Shown: piece by piece, positions 1-5,519 of the stretch
Layout of the letters: the number at the start of each line of letters is the position of its first letter
How positions within the stretch are numbered: the first letter of the stretch is position 1
Assembly (NCBI GenBank): GCA_038232415.1
Contig: JBBSHY010000002.1
Location: 3,719 to 67,718 of the forward strand
Direction of reading: 5' to 3'
DNA: 64,000 bases
From: Candidatus Saccharimonadales bacterium
GTDB taxonomy: Bacteria; Patescibacteriota; Saccharimonadia; Saccharimonadales; UBA4665
The notes under the pieces: generated by a model
The model's input: the letters and a program-made list of their open reading frames with translations, nothing else
Database searches by the model: none
Told to the model about the DNA's origin: nothing
Made by a program: the position numbers and the translations under genes

Positions 1-1
1 A

Positions 2-310
2 TTTTTTAACACGAGTCACGAGGCATCAGTATTAAATGCAGCCGAACCTACAGATGAAGCAAATCGCCTTCTGGTTGACCTAGGAACACGCGCTACACTA
101 AGATCTCTTAGGTTTACCGACTATCATCTCAAAGGCAATGAGGTAGGTGGCTACCAAGTGCTTATGAAAGCTAGGATTTCTCACGAAGTAGAGGGTATTC
201 CAGGTGAATTTGATGGGTGGTATGTTGGTGAAGAACTGCATGAAGCTACACCTGCATTCCTTTTGCTTAAACCAGAGCGTGTGGTTAATATACCTACTTC
301 TTCACCTTAG
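2..310 (+). CDS. hypothetical protein, C-terminal part (gene starts left of the window)
   Basis: Frame 2 is open from the window edge to TAG 308-310 (102 codons ending ...GWYVGEELHEATPAFLLLKPERVVNIPTSSP). It is absent from the ORF track only because no start lies in the window. No family recognised. Confidence 0.4.
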   Translation, partial: FFNTSHEASVLNAAEPTDEANRLLVDLGTRATLRSLRFTDYHLKGNEVGGYQVLMKARISHEVEGIPGEFDGWYVGEELHEATPAFLLLKPERVVNIPTSSP

Positions 311-331
311 TCTCGGTGTAATTCCCGCCTC

Positions 332-436
332 TCACTTACTTAGCAGATAGTCTTGATACGGGACTTCAAGTATTGACCTCCATCTTACTAGCTCATCCCT
401 AATAAGGTGTAAACTTTTTTCTACTCGCTGCACCAT
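332..436 (-). pseudogene. 34-codon remnant/mini-ORF resembling the C-terminus of a BrnA/CopG-type antitoxin (repeat family B, copy R1)
   Basis: ATG 436-434 to TGA 334-332 reads MVQRVEKSLHLIRDELVRWRSILEVPYQDYLLSK. 18/27 aligned residues are identical to a second copy at 6185-6277. The VPYQ..L tail parallels the intact BrnA at 6587-6853 (...NVPYQSLIKEYISRG). Confidence 0.35.
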
Positions 437-440
437 CGTC

Positions 441-1049
441 TTATTTACGCGAATAAATAACTAAGTTATATGGCCAGACTTTTTTTACTGTAAGCCTATA
501 ATCGTCTGCGTACTTGCTGCCAAAACGAGAATTATACAGCTCTGAATACTCTGCCTCACTATACCAACGCTCAATTGAATTAAAGCCATCTGAGTCCAGC
601 TTTTTTAAAATCCAATCAATAATTTTGCCGAATAATCCGTACCGACTCTCGAGGTTAACAAATGCCGGTTCAAGAATAACCACCCTCTTTTTTGTAAACC
701 TAAAGATAATATTAAACAAATCAGGTAATTTATTTTCAGGCATATGGTGAATAATATCCACTAGAGTAAGTACATCACTAGTTTCATATGATGTGCTATC
801 AAAAATATCAGCAAGCCGTAAGTCCCTATCTCTATTTTGTCCGTACTTCACAAATTTTTTATTTAAATCAATACCAATGTAACTCGTAGTACTGTCCAAA
901 TAATCAGCCATCTGGCCAAATCCGCATGCAACTTCAAATACTGAAACATTCTTACCAACAGCTTTTTTGAAACTATTTTTGACTGTCTTTCTATGTATAA
1001 TCGGAACCAAGAGACGGTATAGCCATATGAATCTGTATTGTAAGCCCAT
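441..1049 (-). CDS. class I SAM-dependent methyltransferase
   Basis: 202-aa ORF. Motif I VFEVACGFGQMADYL followed by YIGIDLN is typical of Rossmann-fold methyltransferases. Confidence 0.8.
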   Translation of the reverse strand: MGLQYRFIWLYRLLVPIIHRKTVKNSFKKAVGKNVSVFEVACGFGQMADYLDSTTSYIGIDLNKKFVKYGQNRDRDLRLADIFDSTSYETSDVLTLVDIIHHMPENKLPDLFNIIFRFTKKRVVILEPAFVNLESRYGLFGKIIDWILKKLDSDGFNSIERWYSEAEYSELYNSRFGSKYADDYRLTVKKVWPYNLVIYSRK

Positions 1050-1060
1050 TAATGTACAGT

Positions 1061-1171
1061 CTAAATTAAGTCGTCCGATAAGCCGAATATTTCAACTAAG
1101 TGGTTTAACTTAGCGTCGTCTCTTGCACCTATCGCTGATGTTTGAAATGCGTCGGCTATGCTGCACCAATT
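1061..1171 (-). pseudogene. remnant homologous to the 3' tail of the serine recombinase gene (repeat family A, copy R2)
   Basis: Reads NWCSIADAFQTSAIGARDDAKLNHLVEIFGLSDDLI*. 19/36 residues are identical to the recombinase tail IWCHIVDVLQTKAIELEDDNMLKDLVETFELSGDLLTL* (about 2020-1904). A stop (TAA 1174-1172) lies immediately upstream in frame, so no N-terminal part exists. Confidence 0.45.
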
Positions 1172-1198
1172 TTACGGAGTTGGATCAATAGATTAATT

Positions 1199-1774
1199 CT
1201 ATACTTTGCTGACGGGCTTATAGTTGGGATTAGCACAGATATGACCATTGTCTAAGTATCCGGGATGGGTTTGTAGAGCGTCGGTTACGATTTTTGTATT
1301 TGCGTTTTCTGTTGGGTAGAGGCAGATACCTGTAAAGTGGCTACTTGGTGTGGTTAGATTGTTCACGTCGCTTTCGTACTGTTTAGCCTCCTCGGTAAAT
1401 TCGGGTGCACTGTACAACCAAGTCATTTCGCCGGCGGTGCGTAGACCGCTGTAGCCGTTGCTTTTGGCATCTTCGATAAAAACTTTAACGTTTTGCAGCA
1501 TAAAGTCAGATACAAATCGCCCATCCGAGATGTAAGAGCTGTGCATGTCGAAAATACGAAATGCACCACTTGCTACAGCATCGCTTAGATCGTGACCCAG
1601 GGTCTTAAAACCTGCCAACACTTGCCGTGGCGTTTCGGGAGTAACCAATATGCATAGCTCTTTATTGTCCAGGCCTTCCTGAAAATAGCTTGCCAGAACC
1701 TTGTGCCGCTGCTGATTGGAGTCATAGAAAAAGCAGGCGTGAAGTGGTGGCTTTTTGTTTTTTTGCGTAAGCAT
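1199..1774 (-). CDS. stand-alone MEDS-domain protein (DcmR-type sensory domain)
   Basis: 191 aa. HACFFYDSNQQ..., EGLDNKELCILV, GLRTAGEMTW, ICLYP and THPGYL fit my recollection of the Pfam MEDS pattern. Confidence 0.65.
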   Translation of the reverse strand: MLTQKNKKPPLHACFFYDSNQQRHKVLASYFQEGLDNKELCILVTPETPRQVLAGFKTLGHDLSDAVASGAFRIFDMHSSYISDGRFVSDFMLQNVKVFIEDAKSNGYSGLRTAGEMTWLYSAPEFTEEAKQYESDVNNLTTPSSHFTGICLYPTENANTKIVTDALQTHPGYLDNGHICANPNYKPVSKV

Positions 1775-1903
1775 TATTCGAACTAGTTTAAGATAGGTAT
1801 TCGAACTAGTATGTAAGAAATATTACAAATAGGACAGTAATCTACTCTTTATCACCTGGCACCTAACATTAAGCAAAGGCAAGTAAAAAAGAACGGAAGG
1901 CAT

Positions 1904-2130
1904 TTACAATGTTAGTAAGTCACCTGACAGTTCAAAAGTTTCAACCAAGTCTTTCAACATATTGTCGTCTTCAAGTTCAATAGCTTTTGTTTGAAGTACG
2001 TCAACTATGTGGCACCAAATATCCGAATTATGAGCCGAAAGGCTCTTTTTCTTTGTCTCAACAATTGTTCTAAAGGGGTCATTTTGTATATAAGACAGCT
2101 TTTTGTCCTTTAGTTCAATATTTGAAAGTA
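1904..2130 (-). pseudogene. large serine recombinase, 3' fragment (separated from 4297-4575 by the IS insertion)
   Basis: Open frame LLSNIELKDKKLSYIQNDPFRTIVETKKKSLSAHNSDIWCHIVDVLQ...DLLTL* ends at TAA 1906-1904. It joins in frame to ...LLEYVLS at 4297 once the IS and one copy of the 8-bp duplication are removed. Confidence 0.65.
2123..2130. repeat. target-site duplication TGAAAGTA, left copy
   Basis: Identical 8-mer at 4297-4304, directly abutting the two inverted repeats. Confidence 0.8.
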
Positions 2131-2158
2131 GGCGACTATCCCCTCACGGCAAGTAGGC
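2131..2158. repeat. left terminal inverted repeat of the IS
   Basis: GGCGACTATCCCCTCACGGCAAGTAGGC versus the reverse complement of 4269-4296, GGCGACTATCCCCTCAAGCCAAGTACGC. Confidence 0.8.
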
Positions 2159-2180
2159 AGAGGCGAGTATAATTAGCTTA

Positions 2181-2375
2181 ATGAAAAAGCCCTCTACTAA
2201 TGACGTTATCCTAATATCAATAATTGTCATTGTAGTAGTTGGTTTACTTTTATACGTTACCTCACACCCTAATAAATCAGTATGTGATACTAGCCCGAAT
2301 AGCGGTGCATGTTTACAGGAAACAAACAATAATAATGACGCATACGATAAATACCTACAGAACGGTAATCACTAG
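2181..2375 (+). CDS. small membrane-anchored protein (IS passenger)
   Basis: 64 aa with one N-terminal TM helix (VILISIIVIVVVGLLLYV) and a polar Cys-containing tail. No family recognised. Confidence 0.4.
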   Translation: MKKPSTNDVILISIIVIVVVGLLLYVTSHPNKSVCDTSPNSGACLQETNNNNDAYDKYLQNGNH

Positions 2376-2403
2376 CATTTGTAAGCTCTAGGGGTGCAAC
2401 AGA

Positions 2404-2432
2404 TGGACTTTTACGCTAATGTTTAGTATAAT
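2404..2432 (+). promoter_or_regulatory. sigma70-like promoter TGGACT-17-TATAAT
   Basis: -35 at 2404-2409, 17-nt spacer, consensus -10 at 2427-2432. Confidence 0.45.
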
Positions 2433-2438
2433 GTCAGG

Positions 2439-2562
2439 GTAGGTTTAGGCCTATGAGTGGGTGTGGTTCTTCAAAATCAAAATCACAATCTATGAGGGCA
2501 GTCCCCGTACATTTACATGTTAAACACGAAATGAAACGAGCGCCCCTCACGGGCGCTTTTTT
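2439..2562 (+). ncRNA. candidate ~120-nt small transcript (sRNA or 40-codon peptide mRNA) inside the IS
   Basis: Bounded by the promoter at 2404-2432 and an intrinsic terminator at 2540-2562. It contains ATG 2453 with no convincing SD, and that ORF runs through the terminator stem. Confidence 0.25.
2540..2562 (+). terminator. rho-independent terminator
   Basis: GCGCCC-CTCAC-GGGCGC hairpin followed by TTTTTT. Confidence 0.65.
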
Positions 2563-2575
2563 AGTAGGTAGATAG

Positions 2576-2652
2576 ACTCGGGTAGCTCAATTGGATAGAG
2601 CACGTATCTAGCGATTGCGGAGATGAGAGTTCAAGTCTCTCCCCGAGTACCA
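2576..2652 (+). tRNA. 77-nt tRNA with encoded CCA and an atypical anticodon arm (apparent anticodon AGC; Arg-like D arm)
   Basis: Manual cloverleaf fold. Acceptor ACUCGGG/CCCGAGU, D arm GCUC-AAUUGGAUA-GAGC, anticodon arm CGUAU-CUAGCGA-UUGCG (U31-U39 mismatch), variable loop GAGAU, T arm GAGAG-UUCAAGU-CUCUC, then A-CCA. Confidence 0.7.
2602..2615 (+). repeat. 14-bp direct repeat ACGTATCTAGCGAT, copy 1 (tRNA positions 26-39)
   Basis: Exact second copy at 2701-2714. Confidence 0.8.
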
Positions 2653-2680
2653 GGCTTCGGACTGGTCTATTAAAAAGGTA

Positions 2681-2700
2681 AAAGGCTCCGAAGAGCCTTT
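2681..2700 (+). terminator. hairpin AAAGGCTC-CGAA-GAGCCTTT downstream of the tRNA
   Basis: Perfect 8-bp stem with a GNRA-like loop. The U-tract is only the 3 U of the stem, so function is uncertain. Confidence 0.35.
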
Positions 2701-2714
2701 ACGTATCTAGCGAT
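2701..2714 (+). repeat. 14-bp direct repeat ACGTATCTAGCGAT, copy 2
   Basis: Identical to 2602-2615. It lies between the tRNA terminator hairpin and the transposase promoter. Confidence 0.8.
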
Positions 2715-2830
2715 ATGTCTATTTTAGCATATTGCGGTCTTTGAGTACATTCAAATCCACGAATGTATGGGTTAAAAGTGTCTTAAACATTATGCATAAA
2801 AGTACACAGCTAACAGATGTAAAAATATCC

Positions 2831-2859
2831 TTGACACCAAGTATTCTATGGAGTATACT
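2831..2859 (+). promoter_or_regulatory. transposase promoter TTGACA-17-TATACT
   Basis: Consensus -35 at 2831-2836, 17-nt spacer, -10 at 2854-2859. AAAGG lies before ATG 2870. Confidence 0.6.
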
Positions 2860-2869
2860 GAAAGGTAAC

Positions 2870-3721
2870 ATGAGATACACGAAGAAACAATTTGAGGCAG
2901 AATATCCTGACGATGATGCCTGCTTAGAATCTGTCTTTCAGAACCGCTTTGGAGACTTAAAGTTCTGTCCTAATTGCGCTGCTGAAACTAAGTTTTACCG
3001 TATTAAGAAGCGCCAAGCCTATGCCTGCCAATGGTGCGCATATCAGTTACATCCATTAGCGGATACGATCTTCCGTAAGACTACCACTCCTCTTAAGGAC
3101 TGGTTTTACGCCATTTACCTATTCTCAGTCTCTAAGAACGGCGTGAGTGCTAAGGAACTTGAAAGACACTTAGGAGTTACGTATAAGACCGCATGGCGTA
3201 TGTGCAAACAAATAAGGTTACTCATGCAACAAGAGGGTGAGAAATTAACAGGAACGGTGGAAGTAGATGAAACGTATATCGGCGGTAGGTTTCCTAAAAG
3301 CAAAGGGAGTAAATATACAAACAAAACAGGCGTTTATGGCATTACTGAGCGTAATGGCTCGGCCAAAGCGGTAGTAGCTCATGGTGGTGTTAATGCCACT
3401 ACTGCCATACCATTCTTAAAAGCTCATGTAGAGGCAGGTTCAAATGTTATGAGTGATGAAAGCCGTATCTATAACAGGGTAAAACGGGACTTTATCCATG
3501 CCTATGTTAACCATTCAAAAGAGCAGTATGTTAGGGGTGATGTTCATACTAATACTATTGAAGGCTTCTGGGGACAGTTAAAGCGCTCTATTTCGGGGAC
3601 TTACCACTGTGTTTCACCGAAGTACCTTCAGTCTTACGTGAACGAGTTTGTTTTCCGCTATAACTTTCGGGATATCGCTGTTTGTCCTGTTCTTTTGGAA
3701 CTGGCTGCGAAGCCCGTTTGA
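2870..3721 (+). CDS. IS1595-family (ISXO2-like) DDE transposase
   Basis: 283 aa from ATG 2870; the track ORF from TTG 2732 is probably over-extended. N-terminal zinc ribbon CPNC...CQWC, an HTH region (GVSAKELERHLGVTYKTAWRMCKQIR), then VEVDETYIGG...SDE...HTNTIEGFW, typical of the family. Confidence 0.9.
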   Translation: MRYTKKQFEAEYPDDDACLESVFQNRFGDLKFCPNCAAETKFYRIKKRQAYACQWCAYQLHPLADTIFRKTTTPLKDWFYAIYLFSVSKNGVSAKELERHLGVTYKTAWRMCKQIRLLMQQEGEKLTGTVEVDETYIGGRFPKSKGSKYTNKTGVYGITERNGSAKAVVAHGGVNATTAIPFLKAHVEAGSNVMSDESRIYNRVKRDFIHAYVNHSKEQYVRGDVHTNTIEGFWGQLKRSISGTYHCVSPKYLQSYVNEFVFRYNFRDIAVCPVLLELAAKPV

Positions 3722-3745
3722 TTAGATTCTTAAATAGTTTCTTAC

Positions 3746-4246
3746 TCATGCTGCCCTTATTATAACTTTAATAAGTGTCACTGCTAAGCCCGTTCCAGCA
3801 TATGAGACAGCGGCTACTATTGCCACTAGGAGGAGTTTAATCAACACTTTATCATCTTCCCACCAAGCCTTTACTAGACCTTTAGGAATAAATGGTATAA
3901 AAGGGTAAGTATCAAGAAACCTACGGCCTTTTGGCGTTAGCTTGACATAAAATGGCAGTTCAAACGTACCTTTTTTACCTGTCATTTTCTTATCAATAGT
4001 TTCAAGATAGTGCCACTCGTCAGTTGCGTCATCATAGATTCCGTTAACCTTATTCTGACCAACCTTATATTTCGTTTTATACCTCTCTTTTACAATAGAG
4101 ATAGTTGGGTGCCAGTTATCCAGGATTTGATCCAAGTCTTTACCTACGTGTTCTGCTTCAAGTTCATCTGCACGTGCATTGACCATTGTCACAAATCTAT
4201 GAACGTCAAGGAGTTGCTTCATGGTTTTCAGTATACGCCTAATCAT
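3746..4246 (-). CDS. hypothetical C-terminally membrane-anchored protein (IS passenger)
   Basis: 166-aa ORF with a single C-terminal TM helix (LLLVAIVAAVSYAGTGLAVTLI). The start lies just inside the right inverted repeat. No family recognised. Confidence 0.5.
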   Translation of the reverse strand: MIRRILKTMKQLLDVHRFVTMVNARADELEAEHVGKDLDQILDNWHPTISIVKERYKTKYKVGQNKVNGIYDDATDEWHYLETIDKKMTGKKGTFELPFYVKLTPKGRRFLDTYPFIPFIPKGLVKAWWEDDKVLIKLLLVAIVAAVSYAGTGLAVTLIKVIIRAA

Positions 4247-4268
4247 TTAGACGCCCCTTTCGGGGTAG

Positions 4269-4296
4269 GCGTACTTGGCTTGAGGGGATAGTCGCC
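4269..4296. repeat. right terminal inverted repeat of the IS
   Basis: Its reverse complement matches 2131-2158 at 25/28 positions. Confidence 0.8.
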
Positions 4297-4304
4297 TGAA
4301 AGTA
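4297..4304. repeat. target-site duplication TGAAAGTA, right copy
   Basis: Identical to 2123-2130. Confidence 0.8.
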
Positions 4305-4575
4305 CGTATTCTAGCAACTTCTGTCTAAGCCCCTCATCGCTCACTTTGAATAGCTATTTTGCACGTTGAGCTAGGTCTAACAGGTAAGAAGCAGTAATCT
4401 GGAAGTTCTTGTTGTCACTTGTTAGCATCTTCAAGCGTTCGTTGAGCTCTTGCTGCTTGGCTTCAAACTCATTTGCGAATTCGTCATGTAACTGCTGAGT
4501 AATCCGCCCGGCGCGCATACGGCGCGGCCCAATTATTGGCATATAGCCAATCATCAGACTGGTTCTACTGGACAT
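4297..4575 (-). pseudogene. large serine recombinase, internal coiled-coil fragment (N-terminally truncated, in-frame TAG)
   Basis: ...AGRITQQLHDEFANEFEAKQQELNERLKMLTSDNKNFQITASYLLDLAQRAK-TAG(4356-4354)-LFKVSDEGLRQKLLEYVLS matches the C-terminal coiled-coil/tail pattern I recall for large serine recombinases. Catalytic and zinc-ribbon parts are missing because the next gene ends at 4759. Confidence 0.6.
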
Positions 4576-4702
4576 ATCGCACTGGGCACGGTGGTGCCCC
4601 TGGAGCTACCGTGATTGTATTGACAAGGGGAGGCTACCAGCGTCGTTACACACCGGACAGGACAGTCGCGGTAGCCATAACAGTGAAGCACAAAACGCAA
4701 GC

Positions 4703-4726
4703 AAAAGCCCGAGCATATAGCCCGGG
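4703..4726 (-). terminator. probable intrinsic terminator of the DUF4383 gene
   Basis: The minus strand reads CCCGGGC-UAUAU-GCUCGGG (7 bp including one G-U) followed by CUUUU, about 30 nt after the stop. Confidence 0.4.
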
Positions 4727-4758
4727 GTTCCATTGCCTCTATATATTCGTAAGGTTTA

Positions 4759-5163
4759 TTAGACTCGTACGGTAGTGTTGTTGTCACCGTGCTCAGCAGG
4801 ATATCCGAAGCCGAGGTACAAGAATGCCACCGTGAAAAACAGGTGCAAGAAGTTGTCAGCCATGTTTACGTGTACCAAGCCAAGGATGCTGCCTTCGCCA
4901 ACCAAGAATCCGAGCACCGTTACTAATGCGTATACGACGCCGATTACTTTGAAGAAGAGGCGTGACCAGTCTGAGCGCTGTGACGCGACAAGAGCTGCAA
5001 TACCGGAAAGTATGTGAACGACGTTTTCACCGCCGCCAAGTAATCCTCCGTGTACCAGGAAGAGTCCCAATAGTTTACCATCAGGCGTGAGCGCTGGGAT
5101 TAAACCCATAATTCCAACAAGTATAAATACTACACCTGTGACTAGAGCTATTTTTTTTAACAT
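4759..5163 (-). CDS. DUF4383-family membrane protein
   Basis: 134 aa with 4 TM helices. ...GENVVHILSGIAAL... and ...VNMADNFLHLFF... fit my recollection of DUF4383. Confidence 0.7.
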   Translation of the reverse strand: MLKKIALVTGVVFILVGIMGLIPALTPDGKLLGLFLVHGGLLGGGENVVHILSGIAALVASQRSDWSRLFFKVIGVVYALVTVLGFLVGEGSILGLVHVNMADNFLHLFFTVAFLYLGFGYPAEHGDNNTTVRV

Positions 5164-5369
5164 TCAGACCTCCAACTTAAATTTATGAGACAAGTACCAA
5201 ACTTGTTGTACTTGATGCCAATAGTATAGCTTATTTTTAGTATCGTATGCTATTACAAGGACTTTAATTTTGATAACTTTCAGCTAGTTTTTGATCTGAT
5301 AAAGAAGGCTATTGAGGATCAATAGTCTAGCAAATGATCGAAGCGTCCATTATTCGCCAAATGACTATT

Positions 5370-5504
5370 CAGAATGCATCAAAAGGTTTCAACCTAAATT
5401 GAAGCTCAGCCAACATATGTTTATGCACCTTTGAGAATAGTTATACTTTCGTTAATAATGCTGCACCAAGCATAAGCATTATGATTTATTCCTAGATTGC
5501 CTTA
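5370..5504 (-). pseudogene. degenerate remnant of the recombinase tail (repeat family A, copy R4)
   Basis: Reads *GNLGINHNAYAWCSIINESITILKGA*, then continues in a shifted frame. It shares HN...WC.I and GCTGCACCA with R2/R3. Nucleotide blocks TCAAAAGGTTTCAACC and CAACATATGT match R3 TCAAAAGTTTCAACC and CAACATATTG. Confidence 0.4.
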
Positions 5505-5519
5505 TGAGACAATAGATTT

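Larger units (their letters stand above)
2131..4296 (+). mobile_element. IS1595-family insertion sequence with passenger genes (2,166 bp)
   Basis: Terminal inverted repeats match 25/28 (first 16 nt identical). A perfect 8-bp direct repeat flanks them. Inside is an IS1595/ISXO2-type DDE transposase. The insertion interrupts a recombinase reading frame that is restored in frame by excision. Confidence 0.8.

Noticed and set aside
2732-2869. N-terminal extension of the transposase ORF from TTG 2732. Similar extensions occur for trmD (30545), xfp (35146), the KH protein (29898), gpmA (58972), the ExoD-like gene (45656) and the membrane protein (46767).
   Set aside because: In each case a downstream ATG matches the family N-terminus and has a better SD or promoter arrangement. 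The extensions run over promoters, terminators or neighbouring genes.
4354-4356. The in-frame TAG within the recombinase homology could signal stop-codon reassignment, perhaps linked to the nearby odd tRNA whose loop contains CUAG.
   Set aside because: All other genes in the window read as long uninterrupted ORFs under code 11, and many terminate with TAG. The recombinase is also N-terminally truncated. The tRNA cannot be folded with CUA at positions 34-36, because the required stem does not pair. Ordinary pseudogene decay is the simpler explanation.
4541-4560. A CUGAUGA box followed by a 5-bp hairpin on the minus strand, resembling a hammerhead ribozyme core.
   Set aside because: The obligatory GAAA element and flanking stems I and III are absent after the hairpin (the sequence continues UAAUUGGG).
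4620-4700. Partial resemblance to M-box (GGGGAGGCUACCAG and GCCAUAACAGUG) and to the SRP RNA GUCCGG motif.
   Set aside because: Only short fragments match. The conserved GGAAGGAAGCAGC of SRP and most M-box helices are missing, and no Mg-transporter or other appropriate downstream gene exists on either strand.
4539-4722. A 10-bp direct repeat GCATATAGCC (4539-4548 and 4713-4722) flanks the GC-rich segment and could be the target duplication of a MITE.
   Set aside because: Both copies are the loop-proximal parts of similar GGC-ATATA-GCC hairpins, and one of them is the likely DUF4383 terminator. No terminal inverted repeats are present inside them. The evidence for mobility is insufficient.
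4536-4787. Two overlapping ORFs from the track (79 aa plus strand, 77 aa minus strand) in the GC-rich spacer.
   Set aside because: They overlap each other, the DUF4383 terminator and the recombinase stump. They have no recognisable motifs or ribosome-binding sites. They are most likely an artefact of locally high GC.
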